This document shows, one piece after another, positions 51,132 to 64,000 of a DNA stretch of 64,000 nt (positions within the stretch are counted from its first letter, which is position 1; every line of letters begins with the position of its first letter). The translations under genes were made by a program, and so were the position numbers. The stretch lies in the NCBI RefSeq assembly GCF_018977255.1, contig NW_024704742.1:87050001-87114000 (forward strand), in the 5' to 3' direction. Below the pieces are notes generated by a model. It made no database searches. It was not told the origin of the DNA and saw only the letters and a program-made list of their open reading frames with translations. Source of the stretch: Callorhinchus milii. Its lineage: Eukaryota.

Positions 51132-54100
51132 CTGCAGAAAGAGAATAAGCAACAATTCTGTCACAAGTCACCACAACTTGAAAAAGAAATAATGATAAAA
51201 ATAATAATCCTTGGATTTGATATAGGACCTTATAGCAATTTGCCACAAAATACACAGTCAATTGAATTTACAATATATTCTGTGAAAAGCTTTGAGACGT
51301 GATAAAGTGCTATATCAATGCAAGGATTATTATTATCACGTCATTGAAACATCTCAAAATACTTTACAGGATACACAATAAAGTGCAGTGACTGTATATT
51401 TTGTAGGCAAAAGTGGCAACTTATTTGTGCACAGCAATATCCCGCAAACGTTCATGAAGTTAATGACCATTTTATTTTCTGGGAATTGTTGGCCAGGTCA
51501 TAGGGAAACACTCCCTTCTCCTTTTACGTAATGCTGCAGAATATTTAACGTCCACCTGAACAGGTAGATGGGTCCTCAGTTTATCATCTCATCCAAAGTA
51601 TGGCAATTCTACAAAGCAGCACTACCCCTGCAGTGCACAGGAGTGTCAGTCAAGACTGAAAGCTCAAAGTCTTGATATGGGGACATTTCGCCATGTAAAG
51701 GGAATAATAAAAGGGCAAAGGAAGTGGTGGTAAATGAGTAGCTTTTTCAGAGACTACAAGCATGGGCACACAATGGGCCAAGTTACCTCTTCTTGTGCTG
51801 CAAAATTCTACGGGTTATATTAAAGTGTTTTACTGGGATGGATAGTGCTGACCTGTGGCAAGGCCATATTTGACACTTGAACAGGAGGTGACAGCAGATG
51901 TCCCAGCACATGACTGGAATTCCTGCAGTGTTCCGACACAGCTGAGAGTACATCAGACCCAGGACCCATGAGGAATCTTGCCTGATTCCCTTTACAAACA
52001 AAAGAACACCAAACACAGCAGTGGAAAGAGCTAGAGAAACTGTAGAAATTTACAGCACAGAAGAAGGCCATTTGGCCCATCACATCTGTGTCGGCTCTTT
52101 CAGTCCCATATTGGTGCTGTTGCAAACCAACATTCACTCAGCATACACGCATCCCCATTCATTTAACATTCTTTGCTTTTCCACAATTTAACTCAAACTT
52201 TTTTCCTGACAACATTCCGCTAAATTGGCTTGTTGGGTTAAGGGGAACATAAATATAAGAGCATGAATGAGTAGTTATCTACAAAAAGAATGAGTTTGTG
52301 TGCCATTAAAATCACACAAGAAATCCACAAGATAAAGAGCTCTCTGTCAAAACCCATTAAACATTCTGACAGAAATATGGACAACTGAGTATAAAATAAA
52401 TTACATGGGAAGACAGAAAGCACTATTTAGGGTTAGCTCTGTTACAGGGCCACCGTGCTGGGCTCCAGATTGCTTTTAAAGCGATATAGTATTCTGGGAC
52501 ATCCGCTGTAATTCACACCACTCTGAAGCGTGCACCTCATCAGAGCACACAGAAACACTTGGCTGCCAAAGACCTTACATGCACAGGGAGGTGGTGTCAT
52601 AGATGTAGCTTTCCTTATGCTCCAGGATACTGGGCACTTTGGTTACAGTACAGGAAATAGACCTGACAAACAATATACCATCAATACAATGCACTGCACA
52701 GAGCCATCAATTGTGAGTGAGGAAGGAAGGATTTACTTGAAAACCCCTGAGCTTTTTCTGAAATGTTCACCAAAATATGTCGAGATTCATCTTTGCTTTA
52801 TTTTGAAATAAGCAGAAATGATGCTTGCTGCTCCGCAAATCGAAATACCTTGGAGAAACACTGATTAAAGTAAAATAGTCCAGAAGTAGATTTTGGGCCA
52901 AGTTTATATAAAAAGCTCTTTTAAAAACAATGGAATAAAACTACAGTTACTGAACTAACTTCAACGTCTGCTTTGCGACTGAAATTGGAAGGATGGCCAA
53001 CAATGGTGTTGACCATTTTTTCAGATGACAACAAGTTGCATTTATTATAGTCTTGGAGTGTTTAACAAAAATTATTCATTGCTATGTTCGTGAAGGGAAG
53101 GGAAATGAAGGGCCAGGAAGGGACGCAATGCTGGAAAATGGAGCACTATCCCTTTTGTTTTCCATTCAGTTCCAAATGACAAGCGGGCTTTGGTATGGTC
53201 CAGCATGGGGAGGACTGTTCTACAGCCAAATTCACACTACTCTCTGAGCTTCAACCTCAACCTCAATCTCACAGCAGAACTGACCACAGTACCAGTGCGA
53301 ATGGTTCTTTTTATATGTGTAAACTGTACAATTACAGAGGCATCAACAGTGTGAGATGTAAACATATTGCATATGACAGTGGCTTTCTTTCCACTATGTT
53401 CCTGTTGACCCCACAAGCCAAAGCTCTAACAGGTAGGCTGGTCCTAGTTAGACAAGCAGGCAATGGTCTTAATGGCAAGCTATGCAGTTTTAGCAGGTAA
53501 ACTCCAATGGTCCACTAACACACAGTCTGAAGCCTCCAAACATCGGCTCCAGCTAACCAGAATCTAATATTCTCCTGTATTAAGAAACCAAGGTGTGTCC
53601 CTGCAGGGAGAGAGTGCACATTTCCATTCCAGACAGAGGGAGATTTCCATGTATAGGTGGCAAAGATATGTGGAAGTCTCAGTCTGCTTTGAATACTCCT
53701 AAGCATTGGTTTCGACATGTGTCAAGCACCTGGCGACCATAAATAAATTATTAATAATAATCCTTGCATTTGATATAGCGCCTTTTCACTTCATTGAGAT
53801 GTCTCAAAGCACTTCACAGAATATATTGTAGAGTGGATTGATGCTATAACATGTGGGCGAATGGTGGATATTTTGTGGGTGGAAATTAATATAAAATGTA
53901 GGTGCAAAAGGTAATTTTCCAAACTGAGGATATAAGCTCTATATAGAGATGATATGATATACTTGTGCAAAGATGCCCATGCACATACACATCCTAAATC
54001 ATTTATAGGGGTAAATCTACATTAGCTATAATGTTGAAGTAAATTAATGTGATCAGCACATGGAGTATCACCCACTTACAGCACACCCATATTTCCTGAA

Positions 54101-55825
54101 CCTCCTTCGCTCTTTCAATCTTTTGTAATAGTACATGCGATAATAAATTCTTTACAAGTATATGGGATCAAAGTATTATAGGAAAAGAGAAGGAAGTTCC
54201 TCCCAATGCCCTGGAGAACAATCCTTCAGTTAAATTGGTCACTCACTTCACTAATTTGTGGGACATTGCTGTAACCAAATTGGCTGGGAAGTTTGCCTGT
54301 ATAAAAAATACAGTCACTAGACTTTACAGTAACCTCTCAACACGAAACGTGCTATTTCAAATACAGGATTATTATTATAACCTTATTGATGAAATTATAT
54401 GACATTTCCTTGCTCTGTATATTTGGGTATAATAATCAATGACTTATCAATAATCAATAATAATCAATAATCAATGGGAACGCTTAACAATAAAACAGTG
54501 TGTCATCTCCTTTGGGTGACCTGAAGTACATTATACATAAGGTCCTGATCAATGAGAAAGTATATTTGAAGCAGTTTCACTTATCTCAGCTTTTCTCATG
54601 TCCCCCACTTTACCCACCCCATAATTCATGGCCAATTTTCAGCCTATCTGCCTCTACTCTTTGGAACTCCATCCCGGAGCCCCTCCAACACGCTCTCTCT
54701 CTTGGCTCTTTCAAGATCAGTCTTCCTCTTCGATCATGCCTTTGGTTGTCCTTCTGCTTCCCACCCCACTCAGCTCCCACACCCAGCTCGGGTGCCAACC
54801 CTGGACTGTTAAGCACATTAGGACATCCTTCCCAAGGATTCCTAAGATGCTTAACAGTCCCGACTTGCTATATATATATATATGTGTGTAAATTGCATTG
54901 TATTATATGAAGAAATCCCATTAGAAATTTGTTGCTTAATAGATCCCATAATATCTGCTTGAAATTTATGTCAAACAAAATTTTAATGTTTCTTTCTCCC
55001 CCTCTTTTTAGAATAATGAATGCTTCTCGGTTCTGGCAGCAGTGCTTCTTGTTGCTGAATAGTCGCTATATCCCACACTGTCTTCCGAGACTCATTAAAG
55101 CTTAAATAATACAGCAATCAGGCACCAGTAAGGAGCTTGAGAGTCTTGAGGTCCCTCAGGCCTCCTCATTGCTGACATTTGTGGGTTTGCTTTAGGATTT
55201 CATTACAAACCAGCTTTCCATCACTGTTACCAGGGACTAGCTTTATTTACAGGATTGTATTATCAACCTCATATTTTATGAACATAACAGCTGTAATACT
55301 ATTTAACCTAATGGGTGAAGCCTTCCTTAAATTGTCAAAAGCAGGCCAAAACTCTGTGTAAAGTTATCACCCCAAAGTTTCTCTTGTATTATGTCACAAG
55401 GCTGCTGTGCTGACAGGTGTGGAAAGCTCTGCATTTTTTGTGGTTAGTTGGGTCTGAGACACATGTGTTAACCCAACACCATACTTAACAGCCCCCAAAC
55501 CAAATGACTGAGTTGCACAACATGCATTGAAATTCCCTTATGTCTGGAATGGAATGTACACTCTCACCCCAGGTGGATGCTTATCTAATCCCAGGAAGTA
55601 TTAGGAACAGGACGGTAAAAGCTAAGGATTGGAGACCCCAGAGTGTGCATTGGGTTAACTGTTGGAGGCTGACCAGCTAAAACTGCAGAACATGCCATTG
55701 CTCGGTGGCATCAATAGTGACGTCTGTAATACTGCACCAACATTTCTGCAAAATTCAGCCTTCAAAACCATTGGTTTTCCATTAGTTTTACAAAAGAGGC
55801 AGCTGAGAATAGTTTGACTTCTGAC

Positions 55826-56009
55826 CTGGTTTCTGTACACTATGCCGTCCACGGGGTCAGTGTATTCAAAGTTGTCTGTCTTCTCCACCGTGAAGTTGTG
55901 ATTTCCAACAGCAAACTGCTGACTGGCGAAGGATCGGTCCGTGATGACAGCCTCGAGATCCCTCATCAATTTGTGCGCGACCCGGGAATCCACTTCCTCA
56001 TAATCAAAC
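55826..56009 (-). CDS. PGM5-like exon (FDYEEVDSRVAHKLMRDLEAVITDRSFASQQFAVGNHNFTVEKTDNFEYTDPVDGIVYRNQ)
   Basis: FEY.DPVDG motif; MRDLEA and QQFAVG as in PGM5; atgtag| acceptor, cag|gtcaga donor; 184 bp, phase consistent. Confidence 0.93.
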
Positions 56010-56012
56010 CTA

Positions 56013-56891
56013 CATAAGAATATAAGAACATAAATGCTAGACAAGAAAAGACCAAGGTCATCTAGTTCACCTTCCAACCATCCTGGTGGTCACATGCACA
56101 TATGTCCCAAATTACCTATATATCCCATAATGTTATTTCCTAAAAGAAAACTATTTAATCTGTGTTTGAAAGAATCAACACTTCCTGCTTCAACCGTCTC
56201 CCTTGGGATCCTGCTCCACAACTTCACTATTCGCTCACTGAAATAGTGTTTCCGTATAATCGTTCTGAGTTTACCCCGCTTCAATCACAGGCCATGTCCT
56301 CTGGTTTTACTATTCTGGACAAGTTGAAACAGCCTGTCATGGTTTATATTGTGTAGCCCCTTTAGAATTTTACCTACAGCAATCATGTCGCCTCTCAATC
56401 TTCTCTTTTCCAGCGTGAACATGCCCAATTTACTTAGTCTCTCTTCATAGTCCAGTCCCTCCTTCCCTCAATCATTTGGGTGCTCTCCTCTGTATCTTCT
56501 CGATTTCACCACTATCCCTTTTGTACTGCGGTGACCAGAACTGTACACAGTACTCACCAAAGTGTGGTCTCACTAATGATTTATACAGTGACAGGATTAT
56601 CCCACTATTGATCTTTTAATACATCCCAACACCTGGTTTGCTTTATTCACTGCCACAGCTTCAATTTATTGTCAATCAGGACCCCCAGGTCTTTTTCATT
56701 TTCCATACATATTATTTTCCTTCCGTTCAAATAATAATCCCTTCCAGGATTTTTTGTGGCCATGTGAAGTACTTTACATTTCTCCACATTGAAATTCATC
56801 TGCCATTGATCTGCCCACTTTCCAAGTATGTTCAAATTCTCCTGTAATCTATCTTGTTCAGCTTCGCAGTCTACCATTTTCATTAGTTTGG
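56013..56891 (-). mobile_element. CR1-clade LINE 3' fragment abutting a PGM5-like splice acceptor
   Basis: WQMNFNVEKCKVLH, EKDLGVLID, TLEKRRLRGDMI motifs; (TTCTTATG)-type tail; ATG at both junctions. Confidence 0.88.
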
Positions 56892-57141
56892 CATGTAAAC
56901 GGAAAGAGGAATGATAAGGAAGAGTGGGAAAAGTGTGAATGCTGCACAATGGCACTAAACAACAATAAAACAGGATTACAAGTTAAGAGCATTGGAATAT
57001 CTAGGGCCTTTGTGCATTTGGAGCTCCAATGTGCTGTACCTTCAAGTGGTCATCTTGGAGTTCCTGCCTAAGTTTCGTCTCATGGTGAGTTATCTATCCC
57101 AAATGTGCCATAGAATAGGCAAAGTGAAGACAGGTGTAATC

Positions 57142-57608
57142 CTGGTTCAGTTGCTTAGCACTCCACCTATGAGTCATATGGTTGTGGGTTCAAGCTCCAC
57201 ATTGGGACTTTGAACTTAAGGTCTAGTAATGGGGGTGTGCTGCATTGACAAGGTGCTGTCCTTCAGATAAGACATTTACTCGAGGTCCTGTCTGCATGTT
57301 CAGGTGGATGTTAAAGATCCAATGGCAGTGTTTGAAAAGAAAAGGGAATGTCTCCTAGTATCTGGGCCAATAATCCCTCGGATAAAATTAGGCATTCACT
57401 TTATGGCTATTTGTGGAACATTGCTGTGCACAAATGGCTGTTGAGTTAACCTACAAATACATAGTCACTGCATTTTTCAGTAAGCATTCTAAGACGTTAC
57501 CCTGCATGAGGAGGACTATATAAACACAAGCTGGTGTAAAATCCTGTGAAGCTTTTTGAGATATCTCTACAATGTAATACGTGCTATATCAAATGCAGAG
57601 ATTATTAT
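57142..57608 (+). mobile_element. Deu-domain SINE
   Basis: tRNA head, Deu core and shared 3' body and tail. Confidence 0.8.
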
Positions 57609-58085
57609 CAAAATGCAAAATACTGCAGAGGCTTGAAATCTGAAACAAAAAGAGAAGTTGCAGGGAACACTCAGCAAGTCAGGCAGTATCTATGGAGAAA
57701 GGAAAGTGAGTCAACGTTTCGGGTTCACGACCCTTCATCAGAACTGAGACATGTTGGGAGAGAGAGGCTTTTAAGGGTTAACAGGGAGGGGGGAGGCAGG
57801 GCAAGGAAGACAAAGGAGAAAATGGGGTACAGGACTGGGGCTGATGAGTTAAAGAGATGTTAATGATGCAAAACAAAGGGGCGGATTGCAAAAAAGTAGG
57901 GGAATAGAGGTGTTAATACTGCAAAACAAAGGGGGAACAAATTGCAACAAAATAGGAAGACCAAAGAGAGAAAAGGTGTATCTGGAACTAAGATGATGTG
58001 GCAATGGTCACAGAAGAGGGGGAGGGGGAAGGTGGGCTGATATGGTCTGAAATTGTTGAAATCAATATTGAGGCCAGAGGGCTGT
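57609..58085 (-). mobile_element. Penelope-like retroelement 3' fragment (ORF C-terminus plus terminal repeat region)
   Basis: Minus strand encodes QPSGLNIDFNNFR, typical of the Penelope GIY-YIG protein end; ends in ...cagatttcaagcctctgcagtattttgc, resembling shark Penelope termini; carries a hammerhead core. Confidence 0.8.
57709..57745 (-). ncRNA. Minimal type I hammerhead ribozyme motif (Penelope-associated)
   Basis: AGUU-CUGAUGA-A-GGGU(CGUGA)ACCC-GAAA-CG-UU-GACU: intact core, 4-bp stem II, palindromic AACGUU stem III, 4-bp stem I. Confidence 0.7.
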
Positions 58086-58089
58086 TAGG

Positions 58090-60920
58090 GAACTTACAGA
58101 ACATCAGGGGACTGGGGGTTGCAGCTGTAGATGGAAAAGTAGAGTTGAGTGTCATCCACATACATGTGGAAGTTAATCCCGCATCTGCAGATGACATCAC
58201 TGAGGGGGAGCATATAGATGAGGAAGAGAAGGTGGGCCAAGGATGGAGCCCTGGGCTAAACCGCAGGTGACCAGGTGGAAACGAGAAGAAAAACCATAGG
58301 CACAAATGTAGTGCTAGTGGTTTGTAAGGTAGGACTCCGACCAGGCAAGTGCGGTCCCACTGAGGTGGATGATGGAGGACAGGCGGTGGAGGAGGATGGT
58401 GTGATCAACCATGTTGAACGCGGTGGAGAGGTCCAGGATGATGAGGAGGCAGAGGGAGCCCTGGTCACAGATAGAGAGGATATTGTTTTGAGGTCCTCTG
58501 AACTCCTTTCCCTCTGGCCTTCATCCCTCACTGATCCCTCTTCTGCTCTCACCCTCCTCCACAACACCCTCTCCTCCACACTCGACACTCTTGCCCCCAT
58601 CACCTCCCGTACTGTCTCTTATTCTCGCTCCTCCCCCTGGTTCACCACCCACCTCCGCTCACTGAAGAGCCAGGTGCGGGCCGCTGAACGCACCTGCCTC
58701 AAATCTGGCCTAACGGTCCACCGGCAAATCTGGCTGGACCTCCCCAAAACCTACCGCTCCACTCTAGCCTCGGCCAAGTCGTCCTTCTACTCCAGGATAA
58801 TCCTGGAGGCGAAGAACAACCCCAGGCTTCTGTTCTCTACCACATCCCAACTCCTCCGTCCCCCCGCCACCACACGCAGGTCATCTCCTCCAACCTTCAC
58901 TGCGAGGAGATGCTGGATTTCCGTGAGTCGAAAATCAAGGGAATCCGCTCCGCGGTCACTGCCCCTCCAGCTTCCACCCACCCCCTAACCCTTCCCTCCC
59001 ACACTCCGACTCCTACCCATCCTCCCCTTCGAACCCGTTTCCCCATCCTCTGTCACCAAACTCATCCTTGAAACCCACCACCTGCTCCCTGGACCCCATC
59101 CCCACTCCACTCCTTAACTCCCAGCTCCACCTCCTTGCCCCACTTCTCACAGACACCATTAACCTGTCCCTCTCCCCTGTCTCTGTTCCCATTCCCCTCA
59201 AACTGCACCATCACTCCCATACTGAAAAAACCCTCCCTTGATGCGTCGCAGCTATCAAGCTACCGGCCCATCTCCAACCTCCCCTTCCTGTCCAAGGTTC
59301 TCGAAACAGTCGTCGCCTCCCAGTTGCGCTCTATCCTCTCCACCCACTCACTTTTTGAACCCCTTCAGTCGGGGAAAACTGCACGGAAACTGCCCTGGTC
59401 AAGGTCACTAATGACATCGTGACCATCTGTGACCAGTGCTCCGTCTGCCTCCTCGTCCTCCTCGACCAATCGCCGCATTCGATACGGTCGACCACTCTAT
59501 CCTCCTCGACCGCTTGTCCTCCCACCTCAACCTTCAAGGCCCTGTCCTTGAGTGGTTTAGGTCCTACCTCTCCCACCGTCTTCATTTTGTCTCTGCAAAC
59601 CGCTTTTCCTCCAGCCTCCGCACTGTCTCGTGCGGTGTCCCTCAGGGCTCTGTCCTCGGTCCCCTCCTCTTCACCCTCTATATGCTCCCCCATCGGTGAC
59701 ATCATCCGCAGACATGGAGTTAACTTCCACATGTATGCGGATGACACCCAACTCTACCTTTCCTCTTCAACCCTCAACTCCACGACCACCGATGTCCTGA
59801 CAGCTGCCTGTCCAACATCGAGTCCTGGACGAGAGACAACTTTCTTCAGCTCAACGTGCGCAAAACTGAGGCCCTCCTGATTGGCTCACGTCAGCGCCTC
59901 CGCACCTCAGGCGCTGACAGCATCAGCATCCAAGGCTGCACTATCCACCTTTCAGAGCCAGTCAGGAACCTCGGGGTTTTGTTCGACCCTGAGCTGTCCT
60001 TTCTTCCCCACATCCGCGCCACAACTGGCACCGCCTTCCATCACCTCCGGAACATCGTCAGACTACGGCACTACCTTACCCCTCACGCTGCTGAAACACT
60101 GGTCCACACCTTTATCACCTCAAGGCTGGACTACAGGAGCTCTCTCCTCACCGGCCTTCCCGGCACCTCCCTCCACAAGCTGCAGGTCATTCAAGACTCT
60201 GCAGCTCGTGTACTGTCCCGCACCAGGCTTCACGACCACATCACTCCCACCCTCGCTCGCCTCCACTGGCTCTCCATCCCCCAGAAGATACTATACAAGT
60301 GCCTTGCACCTTCCTACCTCTCCGACCTACTATAACCCTACTTACCTGCCCGTACCCTCTGTTCCTCTGGCTCCGGTTTGCTCCACATCCCCCGCCCTAA
60401 CCACCCTACCATCGGTGGCCGGGCTTTCAGCCTCTCAGCCCCTAGGCTCTGGAACTCCATCCCCCAGTGCCTTCGCTTTGCTTCCTCCCTTTCCTCCTTC
60501 AAGGCCGGTCTCAAGACCTTTCTCTTCAACCGTGCCTTCAGCTCCCCTCTCGACTCTCTACCCCTCCTCGCTCCCTCCCTTCCCTCCCCTCACCCTGACC
60601 ATTTCCCCCCTGCTCGGGTCCCGAGCCAACTGTCCAGCGCCTTGGGACGTCCTCCCGACGTGAAAGGCGCTCTATAAATGCAATCATGTTGTTGTTGTTG
60701 TTGTTTGTGACTTTCACAAGCGCTGTCTCTATATTGTGGGCAGGGTGGAAACCGGACTGAAGGGTTTGAATAGAGTTTGTAGGGAGAGGTGTGTGCGAAG
60801 TTGGTTGGCAACAACACATTCCAGAGCTTTGGCAAGGAAGGGCAGGTTTGAGATAGGGCAGTAGTGGCCAAGGTTGGCGGGATTGAGGGTAAGTTTTTTA
60901 AGAGTCAAAATTAGGGTTGC
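58090..60920 (-). mobile_element. Older L2 RT fragment, split into 60920-60701 and 58488-58090
   Basis: The halves join into ...[29 protein letters not shown]... Confidence 0.8.
58489..60700 (+). mobile_element. L2-clade LINE, 5'-truncated, inserted antisense into an older L2
   Basis: [26 protein letters not shown]; stem-loop gcgccttgggacgtcctcccgacgtgaaaggcgc and (TTG)n tail; flanked by TTGTTT duplication. Confidence 0.9.
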
Positions 60921-60974
60921 AGACCACAGGAACGCAGGTCAACATTAGATGGTAAATCATTGAACCTCATTGAC

Positions 60975-61400
60975 AAACAACAACTTGGGACTTATATAGC
61001 GCCCTCCACTCAGGGTAGCATCTCCAAGTGCTTAACAGTGGTGGAGCCTAACTCCGAGCCGAGGGTGGGGGGGTTGGTGTTGGCCATAAGCAGTCGAAGA
61101 GGAAGGTCTTCAGGCGGGACTTGAAAAAGGGGAGAGAGGGAGCAAGGTGGAGAGACTGAGAAGTGTTCCAGAGTTTCGGGGTGTAGTGCCTGAAAGCACG
61201 ATCTCCAATGATGGGACGGAGAGTGCGAGGGACAAGTAGGAGGCCGATGTCAGTCGAGCGGAGGCACTGGGTGGTGTATTGGGAAATGAGGAGGTCGGAG
61301 AAGTAGGAAGGTGCCAGAGAGTGAAGGGATTTGAACACGAGTGTGGGGATCTTGAAGTCAATCCATTCGGTGATGGGGAGCTAGTGAAACCTGGCCAGAA
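60975..61400 (-). mobile_element. L2 3' fragment (diverged subfamily)
   Basis: FKSLHSLAPSY...FKSRLKTFLFD; tail. Confidence 0.8.
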
Positions 61401-61481
61401 CTGGTGAGATGTGGGTTTGGAGTTTGGTCTGGGTAAGTATGTGGGCGGCAATCTGTGGTCTGTGTTCAATTTCTGTTCTCA

Positions 61482-61637
<156 letters not shown>

Positions 61638-63671
61638 TTATTGGGTGATACAACAGACTGGCTCCTTTTAAGTTGCCTCAGTTTCACCAACAACTTGCCC
61701 TTGTATAGCTCTTTTTACATTGGTTGAATGCTCAGAACACTTCAGAGGACTTGTGAAGGATCAGCAGGCAGAAAAGGCAAGAGAGGGAGTTTTGACCAAA
61801 CGGACAGACAGATCTGCGGCATATACAACCCACACATTCTCCATGGATCTGATAGAACTTGCCAGGTGGAAGCTGAATGAGACCTAGAGGTATTAGCCGG
61901 CTCAGTGCTCACCACCACCACCACCACCAACAACAAGATTACAGTTATAGAGCACCATTCACGTCGGGAGGACGTCCTAAGGCACTGGACAGTCAAGAGT
62001 CAGGACAAGTCAAAACAACGTGAGGCAGCTATAAACAATGAAAATCTGGGCTATATTGAGTTCAGATCCCCAGATGTCATACTCAAACTCTTGTCAGGCA
62101 GTATAGAGCTCTAGTCACCAAGACATAAAGAGGCAGTGCAGAGGAGAACCCAGTGTTAGAAGAATGAGCAATGAGCAACAATTAGACAAACTAGGCCACT
62201 TCAACCTTGAAAATAGATGTCTCAGAGGGGACGTTTTAGAGATCTGTACAATTTTAAATGGAATTGAGAAAGTAAATCCAGAAAAATACTTTTGGGCAGC
62301 AGAACAAGTGGAAGCATTCAGGGTTGTAAAGGTAGTTTCAAGACAGGCGTCAGGAAGTATTTCTTTACCCAGAGGGTAGTTAACAACTGGGGCGAGTTAT
62401 CAAGAATATTAAGGATAGCCCATTGGGCTCATTTAAGAAGCAGCTCAATGCTGTGATGGTAGGATGGTAGGGTGGCTATAGGGTGGTAGGGTGGGTATAC
62501 TGGAACGATGAAATCAAATGGACTAAAAAGGCCTGCTTCGCTAGTCCTGGAAGTGTACAGCATTGCCAGAGATGCCGTCCTTCAGATGAAATGTTAAACT
62601 AAGGTCCCACCTTCCTGTTCAGGTGGACATTAAAGATGCAATGGCACTACTGGAAAAGAGAATGACGTTTCTCCTGGGGCCAACAAATACTCAGATAAAC
62701 TTTTTTGCTGTTTTCAAATTGACTGCCACATTCGTCTACTAAATACTTATGAAGCACTTTTTGATGTTCCAGATGCTATATCAAATGCAAGGCTTAGTTT
62801 TATTAATCATTATTATTTATGGGTGTGTGTAGCCTGGTTCTGGAGAGAATTCAGGCTTTCAAGAATAAAATTGAATTGCTGCTGATAGATCATTACATTT
62901 TGGTGAAGTTGAGTGGTTGTTAGTGGTGGTCAAACCAGGCTGAGAGGCCCTGTTCGAGCACCACAAACGAGAGCACAACGGGATGTCACAGTGGAGGCCA
63001 TTAACAACTTTACTAAATGCAATCCGATGCTAGGGAACAGCGATGGAAATACATTCCTTATAGATCAGTTCAGAATGTTTCCTGATGCCTGAGGCTTCAC
63101 AAAGTCAATTAAACACACAAGCGAAAGGAAAGTGTGAAATTAAAAGTTTATGTTTGCCACGACAAAGTGAGGCCTTTTGGAGGTCAATTCAAACGTGTGG
63201 AAGGTTTGAATTTGCAACAAGGTCCAAATTCCAAATTAGGTCCTGTTCCAACTGTACATTTTCACATCTACTTTTCCCAGAATCATGCAGTTACCCGCAG
63301 ACTGAGTGGCTGAAGGATTTTAACTGGCAATCGCTTGGTAACACGTCTATTCTTGGCAACATAAAGACTATTTATTGAAATAGAATTACACAGACTGCTA
63401 CAGCATGAAAACAAGCCATTCGGGACAAGTAGTCTGTGTCTGTCTTTAAACCCACATTCACTACTGCCCACAGGCAACAATGAAAATAATCTTGGGGGCG
63501 GGGGAGAGAGCTGAGTAAAGAGGTGAGCTGTAGGTAGATTTCGGGGATTCAACCCTCTCTAGCATTAGTCACTCGCTGCTTAAGTCCCCTCATGCACGCA
63601 GTTGCAGAATGATTATCAACAGACATTTGTGGGAGGGAGGGAGGGAGGGAGAAAGAACAACAAATTACATT

Positions 63672-64000
63672 TATAATAATCCTTGCATTTGATCTAACGC
63701 CTTCAAGACATCTCAAAGTGCTTCACAGAATATACTGTAAAGTGAATTGACTGTATATATTGTGGGCGAAATGTGCAGCCAATTGCACACAGCAGTGTCC
63801 CGCAAACAGTCGTGCATTGAGTGACCAATTTATTATTATTTTTTTGAAGGACTTATTACTCCCGGAAAAATGATCGGCCAATTGACTTAACAACCAGGTT
63901 CCTACTTACTGCTAGGTAAATAGAGGCGTGTGGAGTAAAAAAACTTGCCCATCGTTTTGCCCTGCCGGGAATCGAACCCAGGTCTCTCACTTGCAAGGCA
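63672..64000 (-). mobile_element. tRNA-derived SINE, long subfamily (runs off the window)
   Basis: Same body as the 5756 and 50375 copies. Confidence 0.87.

Overview
Eukaryotic, intron-rich vertebrate DNA. The repeat content (Deu-domain SINEs, L2 and CR1 LINEs, a shark-type Penelope element) points to a cartilaginous fish; this is inference. Two muscle-associated genes converge tail to tail. On the + strand are the last 10 coding exons of the myosin chaperone UNC45B (68-14231), with one GC-AG intron. On the - strand are the last 4 coding exons of a PGM5-like phosphoglucomutase-family gene (61618-44081), which mixes PGM5 and PGM1 residues. About 30 kb between them holds no gene I can support. 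Most of the rest is transposon debris: two SINE families, many L2 and CR1 fragments (several nested), Tigger-like MITEs, a probable Helitron and a Penelope fragment. Highlights: a hammerhead-ribozyme core in sense orientation in a PGM5-like intron; a CR1 insertion that displaced an exon's native polypyrimidine tract; the PGM1/PGM5-intermediate gene next to UNC45B; and a nested Helitron. Almost all ORF-track entries are repeat-derived or chance ORFs. Repeat boundaries are approximate, and all family assignments come from recalled motifs, not database searches.
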